Part shown: positions 17,018 through 27,752 of the stretch, in pieces
Layout: every line of letters begins with the position of its first letter
Numbering within the stretch: the stretch's first letter is position 1
NCBI GenBank assembly: GCA_044224905.1
Contig: JBGAJN010000001.1
Span: 780,705 to 844,704 of the forward strand
From: Limisphaerales bacterium
Lineage (GTDB): Bacteria > Verrucomicrobiota > Verrucomicrobiia > Limisphaerales > JBGAJN01
Reading direction: 5' to 3'
DNA: 64,000 nt
Notes under the pieces: model-generated
What the model saw: the letters and a program-made list of their open reading frames with translations, nothing else
Database searches by the model: none
Told to the model about the DNA's origin: nothing
Position numbers and translations under genes: made by a program

Positions 17018-18544
17018 CTACTTCTTCGCCGCGGGCTTTACCGCGGTGATCATCGGGAAATCATCCGTGCGGAACGGGGACGCCATCAGGCCGTCTTTGT
17101 TCCACAGGTTCACCACGGGATAATCCGCCCAGCCGAAGCGCACCGCCACGGGCTTCTTCACTTCGGGGCTGCTGACAACCACGGTGTCCCCTTTGATCTC
17201 GGCTTTGGCCCAGACGAACTTCTTGTCCGCGCCGCAAATCGCGAAGCCCTTCAACTCACCGTCGCGGGCTTCGAGTCCTTTGCCCACGTTGTCGAAGCTT
17301 ACGATCGCGTCGTTGCCGGAGAATTTCACCTTACGATAGGTCGGGCCGATGGCCGTGATCTTCTCGCCGTAGGCGATGCCGCGCGCCGCGATGGCGAGAC
17401 GCACACCCACGGGCTGCTTCTTCGTGGGATGGATGTCCTTCTCGTCGCCGACATCGTTGATGACCACGGTGCCGGTATTGGGAAGAACCTTGCTGATGAG
17501 TTGTTGCGCCTCACGGAGCTCGGCCCACGTGGAATCCTTCGGCTCTTTCTCGATGGCCTTGAACGGCGCAAGTTGAACGGCGAGGAACGTGAAATCGCCG
17601 CAGCCCCAATCCTTCCGCCAGTTGCGGATCATGTCGGCGAAAAGCCGGCGATACTGCTCCGCGCGGCCGGCGTTTGATTCGCCCTGATACCAGATAGCGC
17701 CCTTGATGGCGTACGGGATCAGCGGCGCGATCATGCCGTTGTACAATTCCGTTGGCTTCCAGGGCGCGCGCGGCGGGAGAAGTTTCTTCACGTCGTCCAG
17801 CTTCTTGGCGGCCTTCAATTCCGCGACCTTCTTGTCGAAGTCGGCCTTGGCCTTGGCGTAATTCTTCACTGCGTTCGGATACGTCCCGAGGATGTCATTC
17901 TTGTATTCCGGATTTGAGGACAACGCTTTTTCGCTCATCCAGACTTCTGCCGGCGAACCGCCCCAGTCGCTTTGAATCAAGCCCACCGGAACCTTGAGCG
18001 CCTGCTGCAGGTCGCGCGAAAAGTAATAACCCACCGCCGTCACGCCCGGCACGGTGTCCGGTGCGGCCACAACCCACGTGGTGGCGACGTTGTTGGTCGG
18101 CGCGTCCGCTTTGAGCTTCGGCACGTGGAAAATGCGGAGGTGCGGATTCGCCGAGTGCGCGATGTCCGCGGCGGATTCGAACGAGCGGCTGAGCGGGAAC
18201 TCCATGTTCGACTGACCGCTGGCCACCCACACTTCGCCGACGACTACGTCCTTCACGGTGATCTTGTTCTTGCCGGCGACGATGAGCCAGTCGCCTTTCG
18301 CGTCGGCCTTGAGCTTGGCGAGTTTGACCCACCACTGGCCGCCCTTGGCCACCGTGGTGACCTTCTGGCCCTTGAATTCGACGGTGACGACTTCGCCGTC
18401 ATCGGCCCACCCCCAGACGGGCAGCTTGATGCCTTGCTGGAGGACCATGTGATCGGTAAAGAGCGAGGGAAGTTTCACCTCCGCGCGTGCGGAAGCGGCC
18501 GCGAACAACGCGGCGACGAGGCAGAACGATTTTGAGTATTTCAT
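17018..18544 (-). CDS. Sialate O-acetylesterase family protein (SGNH/DUF303-type carbohydrate esterase), secreted
   Basis: Signal peptide: MKYSKSFCLVAALFAAASARA. Catalytic-serine block: GEVWVASGQSNMEFPL. The protein length and the IKGAIWYQGESN block are typical of 9-O-acetylesterases. Confidence 0.85.
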   Translation of the reverse strand: MKYSKSFCLVAALFAAASARAEVKLPSLFTDHMVLQQGIKLPVWGWADDGEVVTVEFKGQKVTTVAKGGQWWVKLAKLKADAKGDWLIVAGKNKITVKDVVVGEVWVASGQSNMEFPLSRSFESAADIAHSANPHLRIFHVPKLKADAPTNNVATTWVVAAPDTVPGVTAVGYYFSRDLQQALKVPVGLIQSDWGGSPAEVWMSEKALSSNPEYKNDILGTYPNAVKNYAKAKADFDKKVAELKAAKKLDDVKKLLPPRAPWKPTELYNGMIAPLIPYAIKGAIWYQGESNAGRAEQYRRLFADMIRNWRKDWGCGDFTFLAVQLAPFKAIEKEPKDSTWAELREAQQLISKVLPNTGTVVINDVGDEKDIHPTKKQPVGVRLAIAARGIAYGEKITAIGPTYRKVKFSGNDAIVSFDNVGKGLEARDGELKGFAICGADKKFVWAKAEIKGDTVVVSSPEVKKPVAVRFGWADYPVVNLWNKDGLMASPFRTDDFPMITAVKPAAKK

Positions 18545-18672
18545 GAAAATGACCGGCGAAGTTCAACGAAACGCTCGCGGGGAGTCAATTATTTCGTGCA
18601 GCGGGTTGGGATGGAAGGGGCTCGTGCGAAGGCGCAAAGGCGCAGAGAAAGAGAGATGTCGGTACCCGCCGC

Positions 18673-19767
18673 TCACACCCCGCGATTGGCCCGCCAGAGC
18701 AGCACGGCGCCGATCGCTTGGAAGATGAAGTTCGGCAGCCACAAGATCAGGTGTGGCGCGTATTCCGGGTGCGTGCTCAGCGATTGCCCCACGATCACGA
18801 AGCTGTAGTAAACCATCAGCAGCACCAGCGCGATCGCCAGGCCGATGCTCGTCTCGCGGCGGTGCGCGCGGATGCCCAGCGGAATTCCCACGAGGGTGAA
18901 CGCGATGGATGCGAACGAGAAAGCCACTTGCCGGTGCAATTGCACGAGCACGGGCGTGGTCTCCGCGCCGAGCGCTTCCAATTCGCGCTGCTTGTCGCGG
19001 AGTTGGGTGAAAGTCATCTCCGTGAGGCGCGGTTCTTCTCGGCCGCGTTTGAGCGTCTTCAATTCCAGATCGTAATCCGCCTGACCTTCAATGCTCGTGC
19101 CCTGCCACTTGCCTTCGATGAGCGAGACGCTCGTGCCGCCGAAGGTTTTGAGCGTCATTTTGTTTTCGGGAAGGTTGAAGATGAGTTCGCCCTCGGGCGC
19201 GTGCCGGTAGGCGGTGCGGCGTTGTTGCGAATCGAATTGTTGGATGAGGATTTCGTGGAGTTTGTTTCCGTTGATCTTGCCGACGTAGATGATGAATCCG
19301 GGGAAGCTCTGCACGAACTTGCCCTCGGTGATCAGTGAGGTGGGCTTTTCCAGCGCGAGCTTTTCGATGAGCGCCTTGTAAGCCACACGTGAACGCGGCG
19401 CGATCTCCATGGTGAACAAGGCTGAGAGCGCAGCGGTCAGCACGCTGAGCAACAGCACGGGCGTGATAAGCGAGACGAGGCTGATGCCGTTGGCGCGCGC
19501 GGCGGTGAGTTCTTGATCCGCGCTGAGCCGGCCGAAGGTGAGCAACGTGGCGGTCAACATGCCCATCGGCAGCGCGAAGGCCATGACGAACGGGATCAGC
19601 AGCGCGATGGCTTGCGCGACGGTGCCGAGCTCGATCTGGCGGTTGACGAGAAGGTTGATGATTTCCTTGAGCACGTTGCCGAGCAACAGCACGAAGGTGA
19701 AAACCAGAACGGTCATCCCCAGCGAGGCCAGAACCTGGCGGGTGAGATATCCGTGCAACGTTTTCAT
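18673..19767 (-). CDS. LptF/LptG family lipopolysaccharide export permease (YjgP/YjgQ)
   Basis: The N-terminus, [31 protein letters not shown], is typical of the family. There are six predicted TM segments with a large periplasmic loop. I place the start at ATG 19767, not at ORF-track 19866. Confidence 0.85.
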   Translation of the reverse strand: MKTLHGYLTRQVLASLGMTVLVFTFVLLLGNVLKEIINLLVNRQIELGTVAQAIALLIPFVMAFALPMGMLTATLLTFGRLSADQELTAARANGISLVSLITPVLLLSVLTAALSALFTMEIAPRSRVAYKALIEKLALEKPTSLITEGKFVQSFPGFIIYVGKINGNKLHEILIQQFDSQQRRTAYRHAPEGELIFNLPENKMTLKTFGGTSVSLIEGKWQGTSIEGQADYDLELKTLKRGREEPRLTEMTFTQLRDKQRELEALGAETTPVLVQLHRQVAFSFASIAFTLVGIPLGIRAHRRETSIGLAIALVLLMVYYSFVIVGQSLSTHPEYAPHLILWLPNFIFQAIGAVLLWRANRGV

Positions 19768-19856
19768 GTGGGCGGGAGTTTCCGGTGGGGCTGGGTTTGG
19801 TTCAAGGGAAATGACCGTGGGACAGGCGTTTCGCTGCACTTTGGCGTTGCGCAGGT

Positions 19857-21005
19857 GTGCCCGCATCAGCCAGACTGACCATTGTGCCTCTCCGGGTTTT
19901 AATCGTTACCGACAAGTTCAAGGGAACTCTCACCGCGCAACAAGCTGCCGCTGCCATTGCGCGCGGTTGGAAGGCGGGGCGCCCCGCGGATTCCGTCACG
20001 GAACTGCCCATGAGCGACGGCGGTGATGGCTTCGGCGAAGTCCTCAGCCAGCACTTGGACGCGCGTCCGCAAACGGTGAAGACCGTCGATGCTGCGCATC
20101 GCCCGATCAAGGCCACGTGGTGGTATGAGCAGCGCAGCAAGACGGCGATCATTGATTCCTCGCGCATCATCGGCCTCGCGCAATTGCCGCCGAAAAAATT
20201 TCATCCGTTTGAACTCGATACCTACGGACTCGGTGCGGTGTTGATCGCTGCCGCGAACAAAGGCGCGCGACGTTGCATGATGGGCATCGGTGGCAGCGCG
20301 ACCAACGACGGCGGCTTCGGCATGGCGCGCGCGCTGGGCTGGCAATTTCACGACAAGTCCGGCAACTGCATCGAGCGCTGGACGGACTTGCCCAAGCTCG
20401 AGCGCATCTATCGTCCGCAACATCCGCGCTGGTTCGAGGAATTCGTTGTGGCGGTGGACGTGCAGAATCCGTTGCTCGGCGCGAAGGGCGCCACGCGAAT
20501 TTACGGTCCACAAAAAGGACTCACGACCAAAGATTTCGCTCCCGCCGAGGCTTGCTTGCGCAAACTCGCGGCCATCGTGGAGCGCGAGATGGAACGCAAT
20601 TACGGCGCGGACGCTGGCATGGGCGCGGCAGGCGGGCTCGGCTTCGGCTTGCGCGCGTTTGCGGGCGGCCGCTTGGAACCGGGTTTCGGCGTATTCGCAC
20701 GCTTGGCCGAACTGCGCCGCCACATGGGCGTCGCGCAAATGATCGTCACCGCTGAAGGCCGCATCGATCAATCATCACTGATGGGCAAAGGCGTTGGCGA
20801 AGTCGCGTGGTGGTCGCGCAAATTGAATCTCCCGTGCATCGGTTTCGCGGGCGTCGTCGGCGACGCGGCAGCGGTGAAGAAATTGTTCACGTCCGTCCAC
20901 GCCATGACGCCGAAGTTCACTACGCTGGCGAAGGCGATGAAACAGCCCGAAGTCAGTCTCGCCGCCTTGGCGAAGAAAGTGGCGTCGGAACTCGAAGCGC
21001 GTTGA
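19857..21005 (+). CDS. Glycerate kinase
   Basis: [25 protein letters not shown]...[27 protein letters not shown] and [17 protein letters not shown] match the glycerate kinase (GlxK/GarK) family. The start is uncertain: GTG 19857 or GTG 19884 ([14 protein letters not shown]). Confidence 0.85.
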   Translation: MPASARLTIVPLRVLIVTDKFKGTLTAQQAAAAIARGWKAGRPADSVTELPMSDGGDGFGEVLSQHLDARPQTVKTVDAAHRPIKATWWYEQRSKTAIIDSSRIIGLAQLPPKKFHPFELDTYGLGAVLIAAANKGARRCMMGIGGSATNDGGFGMARALGWQFHDKSGNCIERWTDLPKLERIYRPQHPRWFEEFVVAVDVQNPLLGAKGATRIYGPQKGLTTKDFAPAEACLRKLAAIVEREMERNYGADAGMGAAGGLGFGLRAFAGGRLEPGFGVFARLAELRRHMGVAQMIVTAEGRIDQSSLMGKGVGEVAWWSRKLNLPCIGFAGVVGDAAAVKKLFTSVHAMTPKFTTLAKAMKQPEVSLAALAKKVASELEAR

Positions 21006-21024
21006 ACCGCCGCCGGCACCGAGC

Positions 21025-22599
21025 TCAGTAGTTGAGTTTCAGCCGAAAAAAGTTGCGGTTCGTTCCGGCGGGTGGCGTGCGAACGAAGTTAGTGCTGATA
21101 TCCACGGGCGGGTTTGTAGGAGGAAAATTCATCACGGCTCCGGAGTTGGTCCACGTTCCCAGAATGCCGGTCTGCTGTGGTTGGTAGGCGATCCCCATTT
21201 TCCCCGTGAAGCTCACGCGCACGTCTTGGTTGGGAAGATTGGTTACGGTAAGGACGGGGTTCTCGTCGGTGATTCGTGTGAACATCACGGCGCGACTGCT
21301 GGTGGCGAGATAAAAGGGATTGCACGTGCCGGTCGCGAGGCCGTCCGCGTAGTCGAGGGGCACCCGAGCTTCGCCGCGGCGGGTAAAATAGTCGTATAAA
21401 CTCAGCGCGTATTGATCCAGGAATTGCTCGGAGAGAATGATGGTCGCGGTGCGGAAGGTTTTCTGGGAGTTGCTGCTGTTCGGCACGCGAGCGCCATGCA
21501 CCGCGGTGATATTGGCAAGCGTTACCACGTTGACTTCGCTGGAGGTTATGACCTGGCCATTGGTGACGTTGAGATTTTGATTGGTGAGGACGAAGTAGTT
21601 CGGCACTTCGGCGGGTGCTGCGAGGCCCATGAGGTACAGCTCCATCATGTTGAACGTGGAGCTGAACAGTGGTGATGGCGGGCCAGCGACATAGCCGCCG
21701 CCGCCGTTTGGAGTAAACGAAAATGGAAAATTGCCGCCAGCACCCGTGCTGGGAATGGAGTATCCCATGACATTCCCGGCGATGTCGCCCTTGGGCCAGT
21801 GGGGGATGCCGTTCGAGTAGGGCGTCCCGGAAAGGAACATCAACCACTGATGGCCGGTCTCGTGTGAAAACGTGGGACTGCCGGCATCGTAGAACGAGGG
21901 AATGGGAAACACCGTGTAGCCTTGCAGCCGTCCGGCGCTGCCGAAGGTTGTGTTGGTGTAGGTGCTGCTCCCGATGCCGAGCACGGCATTCTTAGCTCCC
22001 GCGTGGTATCGGTTGCCGCGCACTCCGCCGACATGCACGAAACTCAGGAAGTCGTATTTGTCGCCGTGCGTGGTGTAGAAGCGTTTGGACCAATTCGTCA
22101 CCACGAAATTGGTCAGCTCGGCACGGGTAGCCGTGTAGTTCACCACGTAATCGGTTGATCGGTTGGTCGCGGCCGTGTTGGTAATGACGGGCACCAAACC
22201 CACTTGCGACGTCCACACTTCGGCAATTGTATTGTACGGCCCGGCACCTCCGCTGGAGTTGGTGAGGCTGCACGTGCCGATGAACGGGCGGAAGATGCGG
22301 TTCGAGAGATTCTTGCTAATGATCTCGTTTGCGGTGAAGAGGCACGTCCAAACATTGTCGCCGGCAACTAGATCACCGTTGCTCCCGTTATCATACATGA
22401 GGCGGTTCGTGCCGCTGTAATTGAATACGACGTTCGTCGGGTTACCCGTGGCCTCAACCTCGAAGCGCACGTTGCCGACGTAATTCGTCGGCACCACCGT
22501 GGGGGTGAACCACGAGCGGTAAATGTCCGGAACGGCTGCGGACCCTAGGGAAGCGGTCATCCAGCCGGCGAGGAAAAGCAGGCGAAGCGTGGTGGTCAT
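21025..22599 (-). CDS. Secreted putative zinc metallopeptidase (HExxH), family unassigned
   Basis: Signal peptide: MTTTLRLLFLAGWMTASLGSAAV. There is a single HETGH motif (FSHETGHQWLMF). The C-terminal ~90 aa form a beta-rich domain ending RNFFRLKLNY. Confidence 0.6.
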   Translation of the reverse strand: MTTTLRLLFLAGWMTASLGSAAVPDIYRSWFTPTVVPTNYVGNVRFEVEATGNPTNVVFNYSGTNRLMYDNGSNGDLVAGDNVWTCLFTANEIISKNLSNRIFRPFIGTCSLTNSSGGAGPYNTIAEVWTSQVGLVPVITNTAATNRSTDYVVNYTATRAELTNFVVTNWSKRFYTTHGDKYDFLSFVHVGGVRGNRYHAGAKNAVLGIGSSTYTNTTFGSAGRLQGYTVFPIPSFYDAGSPTFSHETGHQWLMFLSGTPYSNGIPHWPKGDIAGNVMGYSIPSTGAGGNFPFSFTPNGGGGYVAGPPSPLFSSTFNMMELYLMGLAAPAEVPNYFVLTNQNLNVTNGQVITSSEVNVVTLANITAVHGARVPNSSNSQKTFRTATIILSEQFLDQYALSLYDYFTRRGEARVPLDYADGLATGTCNPFYLATSSRAVMFTRITDENPVLTVTNLPNQDVRVSFTGKMGIAYQPQQTGILGTWTNSGAVMNFPPTNPPVDISTNFVRTPPAGTNRNFFRLKLNY

Positions 22600-22651
22600 A
22601 CAAAGCTCTGATTCCCGTCATTCCTAGCATGATTTCCGCGCAATTCCAAGC

Positions 22652-24319
22652 GTGGACTTGGGCGCCGGCGGGGCTCTGAGTGTCGGTTATCAAGGTGCCG
22701 GGCCGTGTCGTGGCTTTGAAATCAGGACTGCTCTCTGCCATGCTTCCTCCGTGCCGGCGACCGATCACATTCGCAACAAGCTCAGCCAGCTTCCTCACAA
22801 GCCGGGCGTGTACCTGATGAAGGACCGCTTTGGCACGGTGATTTACGTCGGCAAGGCGCGTGATCTGCGCAAGCGCGTTTCGCAATACTTTCATCCCTCG
22901 CGACGGCACGGCTGGGATCTGAAACTCAACGCGCTCGTCGAAGCGATTCAGGATTTCGACACGCATGTCGTGCGCAACGAGCCCGAGTCGCTCTTGCTCG
23001 AAGGCAAGCTCATCAAGGAATTTCACCCGCGCTTCAACATCGATTTCCGCGACGACAAACGTTTCCTCCTGCTCAAGATTAATCTCAACGATCCGATCCC
23101 GCGCTTCGTCCTCACGCGCCTGCGCAAGGAAGATGGCGCGCGTTACTTCGGGCCGTTTGCGCACTCGGGTTCACTACGGCGGACGTTGCTGATGGCGCGG
23201 AAAAAATTCAACCTGCGCGGCTGTCGTGCGCTCACGCCTACCGAAAGCGATTACAAGCACTGCCTCTACGCGAACTTGAAGGTCTGCACCGCGCCTTGCA
23301 TCGCCAACGTCACGCGCGAGCAATACCTCTCGCAGGTCATGGCGGCGTGCGATTTCATCGGCGGCCAGACGGAGGAATTGCGCTCTGAGCTGGAGGCGGA
23401 AATGAAACGCGCGTCCGCAGCGCAGGAGTTCGAGAAAGCCGCTTCGTTGCGCGACGCGATTGAGGATCTGAAGAAGACTTCGCTCAAGACTGAGAAGTTC
23501 GAGCGGATCCCTTACACGTTGCCGGTGGCAATTAACCCGGAGGCAGACTTGCGCCAGCTTGGTCGCGCGCTCGGCCTCGCTGACGCGCCTGCACGAATCG
23601 AGGGCTTTGATATTTCCAACATCAGCGGAACGTTCGCCGTCGCGTCGATGGTGAGCTTCTGGCATGGCCGCCCGGATCGCGCGAACTACCGGCGGTTCAA
23701 AATGAAGACCGTCACCGGCCAAGACGACTTCGCGTGCATGGCGGAGACGGTGCGAAGACGTTACTCGCGGTTGTTGAACGAGGCCGAGGCGGTTGCTCCG
23801 GCGAATGATTCTGAGCCGACGGCGCCCGATGCGAATGACGAACTCAGCGCTCCATGGGTGCCTCTTCCTTCCGCCGCATCGAATCTTCCCGACCTAATCG
23901 TGATCGATGGCGGCAAGGGGCAGCTCAACGCGGCGTGCGCGGAACTCGCGAAGCTGGGGCTCAGCAAGATTCCGATCATCGGACTCGCGAAGGAGTTTGA
24001 GGAGATTTATCGGCCCGGTGAAAAGGAGCCGCTGCGGCTCGGCCTCGACAACAACGCGCTCAAGATGCTTCAGCGCGTCCGCGACGAATCACATCGCTTC
24101 GCCAACACGTTCAACGCGCAACTGCGGTTGAAGAAAATCTCTGAGAGTTTGCTCGATGAATTCCCCGGCATCGGCGATCGACGCAAGGCGGCGTTGTTGA
24201 AGAAATTCGGCTCCATCCAACGTCTGCGCACCGCAACGCTCGAGCAAATTGCCGAAGTGCCCGGGTTCGGTGGCAAAGCCGCCGCCGAATTCAAGGCGTG
24301 GTTGGAGGCGCGGCAATAG
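22652..24319 (+). CDS. uvrC: Excinuclease ABC subunit C
   Basis: GIY-YIG block: PGVYLMKDRFGTVIYVGKARDLRKRVSQYF. UVR domain: EEAEMKRASAAQEFEKAASLRDAI. RNase H-like endonuclease region and C-terminal (HhH)2: IPGIGDRRKAALLKKFGSIQRLRTATLEQIAEVPGFG. The start is uncertain: GTG 22652 or GTG 22751. Confidence 0.93.
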   Translation: MDLGAGGALSVGYQGAGPCRGFEIRTALCHASSVPATDHIRNKLSQLPHKPGVYLMKDRFGTVIYVGKARDLRKRVSQYFHPSRRHGWDLKLNALVEAIQDFDTHVVRNEPESLLLEGKLIKEFHPRFNIDFRDDKRFLLLKINLNDPIPRFVLTRLRKEDGARYFGPFAHSGSLRRTLLMARKKFNLRGCRALTPTESDYKHCLYANLKVCTAPCIANVTREQYLSQVMAACDFIGGQTEELRSELEAEMKRASAAQEFEKAASLRDAIEDLKKTSLKTEKFERIPYTLPVAINPEADLRQLGRALGLADAPARIEGFDISNISGTFAVASMVSFWHGRPDRANYRRFKMKTVTGQDDFACMAETVRRRYSRLLNEAEAVAPANDSEPTAPDANDELSAPWVPLPSAASNLPDLIVIDGGKGQLNAACAELAKLGLSKIPIIGLAKEFEEIYRPGEKEPLRLGLDNNALKMLQRVRDESHRFANTFNAQLRLKKISESLLDEFPGIGDRRKAALLKKFGSIQRLRTATLEQIAEVPGFGGKAAAEFKAWLEARQ

Positions 24320-24343
24320 GACGGTGAGACGGCCGTCGGCGAA

Positions 24344-24964
24344 TTACTTCGCTTCGGCTTTCTTCGTCACCCAGTCGAAGGAAATCTTCACTTCGTCGCC
24401 GGTCTTGATGAGGCCGAGGCCAACGGCGGGTGCGGGGGGCTTGATGCCGAAGTCGGTCATCTTGAGCGGCGTCTTGCCGCTGACTTTCAATTTGCCGCCG
24501 TCGACACGGGTGATGGTCACGGTCATGGCGAGCGGTTTGGTCACGCCGGAGACGGTGATTTCCCCTTTGCTGTCGAAGTTCATCACATCGGTGGCGCTCT
24601 TGGGCGCTTCCTTGAGCGTTAGTTCGGTGAGCTTGTAGGAAATTTTCGGATTCTTCTCCGCGCCCATCGCGTCCTGCATCACGGCGTCCATGGAACTCTT
24701 GCCGCTCTTGAGCGAGCGTACAAGGATCACGGACTCAACGTTCGCGCCAGCAACTTTGCCCGCCTTCGGCGCGGTGTCGAATGAAGCATCCCACTCGATC
24801 GAGCCGCCGATGAGCGCGGATTCGACGGTCCAGTCGTGAACGGTGGAAGTGCCGTCCATCTTCAGCTTGCTGCCGGGTGTGGCGGTGTATTTGACGTTTT
24901 CGGCGAAGGTGCTGCCGGCTGCCAGTGCGAGCGCGGCGACGAGGGAGAGGAAGCGGAGTTTCAT
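24344..24964 (-). CDS. YceI-family periplasmic polyisoprenoid-binding-like protein
   Basis: Signal peptide: MKLRFLSLVAALALAAGSTFA. It is followed by YTATPGSKLKMDGTSTVHDWTVES...FDSKGEITVSGVTKPLAMTVT, the YceI pattern. I place the start at ATG 24964, not 25105. Confidence 0.8.
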   Translation of the reverse strand: MKLRFLSLVAALALAAGSTFAENVKYTATPGSKLKMDGTSTVHDWTVESALIGGSIEWDASFDTAPKAGKVAGANVESVILVRSLKSGKSSMDAVMQDAMGAEKNPKISYKLTELTLKEAPKSATDVMNFDSKGEITVSGVTKPLAMTVTITRVDGGKLKVSGKTPLKMTDFGIKPPAPAVGLGLIKTGDEVKISFDWVTKKAEAK

Positions 24965-25007
24965 GGGGGGGTAATGAGTAATTGATGATTCGTGATCGGG
25001 GTTTGGC

Positions 25008-26402
25008 TTAGGCGACGTCGAAGAGGCCTTTTTCGAAAGTGATCTTCGTGCGTTTCGTGATGGCTTCGTTGGTCTTGATGGCGAGCGCGGTGGCGGCGTA
25101 ACCATCGGCCCACGTTGCGGCGTGCTTCTTGTTTTTCTGGAGATCCTTCAGGTAATCGGCCAGCGCGGCCGCGTCGGCATTTGCGCCGAAGCTGGAGTTA
25201 AAATCTTCCACGGCGGCGTGATGCATGTCCGTGTTGATCACGAACGCTTCGAGGCCGTAGTAGAGCGGCGTGAAACCGGCGGCGGCTGGGTCATCGGCGT
25301 TGGCGCCTTGGCCGGCGGCTTTCGACGCGTTGGCGACAAGCGCGATGCCTTCCTGCTTATAGAAGTCGTCCTTGCGCGCGTATACTTCCCAGCCGAGGAG
25401 CGGAGCGTCGGCTTCCTTGAACATCCACGCCTTGAAATCGCGGACGAGAATCGCCGCGTCGGAACCGGTGTAAACCTCGCAGTTCGTGTCGAAGGAATTG
25501 ATCAGCGTGCCTTCGTAGTTGAACGTCACGCCACTGGCGAATTCGAACACGGCGCGCACGGTGTCGGGCACGTCGCGACCGTCTTTCCATTGGCGCAACG
25601 CGCTGAAACCGGTGACGGATGTAGGCATCTCGTTGATGAACCAGCACGCGGCGTCGATCGGGTGAATGCCGAGCTCGCCCGCGATGCCGAGCGACAACTT
25701 GCTCGAGAGGCGCCAGTTGTTTTCCTTTTCGCGGTCGGGATTGGGGGAGGCGCGGCGCCAGCTCTGCTTCTTGTTGTTCTGCGCGCGGATGGAGCCGAAT
25801 GCGCCGATGCCGCCGCTGCGAATGAACGGCAGCACGAAGAGGCGTTGCGAATCGGACCGCTCCTGGAGGCCGGCTTGGAAGTACAGTTTCGGATTCGCCT
25901 TGGCCGCAAGCGCGATGGCTTTGGCGTCTTCGAGCGTGTGCGCGATCGGAGCTTCGCAGTAGACGTGCTTCCCGGCAGCGAGTGCGTCGATGACGATCTG
26001 TTTGTGCAGGTGCGTCGGCGTGGCGATGATGACGCCCTTCACGTTCTTGTCGGCAAGGAGTTGCTTGTAATCCGTGTAGGTCGCGGCTTTCGGCGCGAGT
26101 TCCTTCGAACGATTCAGAAACGCCTGATAGTTGTCGCAGATGGCGACGACCGGTGCGTTGGGCAAGCGCGCGAGCGTTTGCAAGATTTCACGACCGTGTG
26201 GTCCGAGGCCGATGACGCCGCAATTCACGGGCGGCGTGGTGGTCTTATACTTGGTGGCGCCTTCCGGACCGGCTTCCGCGGCGATCAACGGGATGCCACC
26301 CATCATCGCCATCATCGTGGCGAGGGAGCTGCCTTTGAGGAAATCGCGGCGGTTCAAATCGAGGTCGGCGTTCTGGGCGTCGGAGGCGGCTTGGTCTTGC
26401 AT
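25008..26402 (-). CDS. Gfo/Idh/MocA-family oxidoreductase with a twin-arginine (Tat) signal
   Basis: Tat motif: NRRDFLKGSSLATMMAMMGG. Rossmann block: VNCGVIGLGPHGREIL...VVAICD, then VYCEAPIA. Confidence 0.85.
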   Translation of the reverse strand: MQDQAASDAQNADLDLNRRDFLKGSSLATMMAMMGGIPLIAAEAGPEGATKYKTTTPPVNCGVIGLGPHGREILQTLARLPNAPVVAICDNYQAFLNRSKELAPKAATYTDYKQLLADKNVKGVIIATPTHLHKQIVIDALAAGKHVYCEAPIAHTLEDAKAIALAAKANPKLYFQAGLQERSDSQRLFVLPFIRSGGIGAFGSIRAQNNKKQSWRRASPNPDREKENNWRLSSKLSLGIAGELGIHPIDAACWFINEMPTSVTGFSALRQWKDGRDVPDTVRAVFEFASGVTFNYEGTLINSFDTNCEVYTGSDAAILVRDFKAWMFKEADAPLLGWEVYARKDDFYKQEGIALVANASKAAGQGANADDPAAAGFTPLYYGLEAFVINTDMHHAAVEDFNSSFGANADAAALADYLKDLQKNKKHAATWADGYAATALAIKTNEAITKRTKITFEKGLFDVA

Positions 26403-26702
26403 GTAAAGTGTGACGATGTTCGGGTGCAGTCTATTTTGAGGCCGGTAAAATCAAAGGAGCGGCGAATTAAGTCAAGACAGGGTTCGGTAAGAATGCTGGT
26501 CCCGGCGGTGTGAATTAGGCAGTGATCTACTGTTCGCTGGGTGAAGCTGGGCGTAAACGGGATCGAAGATGGGCAAGGGGCGCGCTACCGAGCTTGGAGT
26601 CCGAAAGCTTCAGCTGTCACCAGATTGTGACGATTTGTGCCAAATGAAGACTTGCCTTGAGGTGGCTCGCTCGTAGTATTCGAGACATCTTGGCGCGGCA
26701 AA

Positions 26703-27725
26703 ATGCCTGAATCGCCATGTTTTGGCATGATTCAATCACTCGCATTCACAACGCAGGGCCGTTTGCACAGCAAAGAAATCGAGGCCTTTCTAATGCCCTC
26801 GTTGTTGGCGGATACCAACCTCTTCCTGTGGGTGGATCTGGAGAAAGCCACGCCGGAGGAAACCAAGCTCGTCTTGGAAGGAATATTTCATTTTCACCCG
26901 CTGAGCATTGACGACTGCGTGACGGCTAGCCCGTCGCCGAAGGTCGAAGAATACGCGCCTAAGGAAGAAGATCGCTTCCAACCGTATCTCTTCATGGTGA
27001 TCCACGCGGTGGATTACAGCCGGACCGATGGTGTGTTCGCGACGAGTGAACTGAACTTTTTCCTCGGAAAGAATTTTCTGGTGACATATCACGACACGCC
27101 GCTGAAGAGCATCGCGACGGTTGTGGAGCGTTCCGTTCGCGGCACAGCGCACGTGGCTCGCGCTCCAGATCGCGTCGCGCACACGCTGCTCGACGCGATC
27201 GTGGAGAATTACAAGCCGGCCCTCGACGAGCTCTCGGTCGAAATCGCGGCGCTGGAAGATCGCGTTTTGCAAAGTCCGACCAAGAAGACCCTCAACCAGC
27301 TCATCGGAATCAAAAAAGAAGTGCTGCACTTGCGGCAGATCATCGGTCCGCAGCGTGAAGTGCTCTCTCGCTTTGCTCGTGGCGAGTTTAAGCTCATTCG
27401 CCCGCATCTGGTGCCATATTATCGCGACGTTTACGACCGGTTGAATCACATCGCCGAGCTCGCACAGAACTACACCGATTCACTCACGGGAATTCTTCAG
27501 GTTTACTTGAACATGTCCTCGAACCAGACCGGCGAAGTGGTGAAGATGCTCACGCTCATCACGCTGATCACAACTCCGCTGACATTGATTGGGACGTGGT
27601 ATGGGATGAATTTCAAACACATGCCAGAGCTGGAATGGGAGCACGGTTACTGGCTCGCCGCGGTGCTGACGGTCGTGTCAACCGCTGGCACGTATGTATA
27701 TTTCCGACTGAAGAAATGGTTCTGA
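26703..27725 (+). CDS. corA: CorA-family magnesium/cobalt transporter
   Basis: The YGMNF signature sits ahead of two C-terminal TM helices, and the cytoplasmic N-domain is of typical length. The start may be ATG 26703 or ATG 26727. Confidence 0.9.
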   Translation: MPESPCFGMIQSLAFTTQGRLHSKEIEAFLMPSLLADTNLFLWVDLEKATPEETKLVLEGIFHFHPLSIDDCVTASPSPKVEEYAPKEEDRFQPYLFMVIHAVDYSRTDGVFATSELNFFLGKNFLVTYHDTPLKSIATVVERSVRGTAHVARAPDRVAHTLLDAIVENYKPALDELSVEIAALEDRVLQSPTKKTLNQLIGIKKEVLHLRQIIGPQREVLSRFARGEFKLIRPHLVPYYRDVYDRLNHIAELAQNYTDSLTGILQVYLNMSSNQTGEVVKMLTLITLITTPLTLIGTWYGMNFKHMPELEWEHGYWLAAVLTVVSTAGTYVYFRLKKWF

Positions 27726-27752
27726 GGAACGTGAATCGCGTTCCGCGTTGAA

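Noticed and set aside
25122-26513. 463-aa plus-strand ORF opposite the Gfo/Idh/MocA oxidoreductase gene
   Set aside because: The minus frame has the Tat signal and Rossmann motifs. The plus product is Arg/Gly/Val-rich with no features.
26403-26702. Possible Mg2+ riboswitch (M-box) or other leader RNA in the 300-bp gap upstream of corA
   Set aside because: I could not find the conserved M-box core sequences or a convincing multi-helix fold by eye. The gap is also a divergent promoter region, which may explain its length. A covariance-model scan (Rfam) would settle it.
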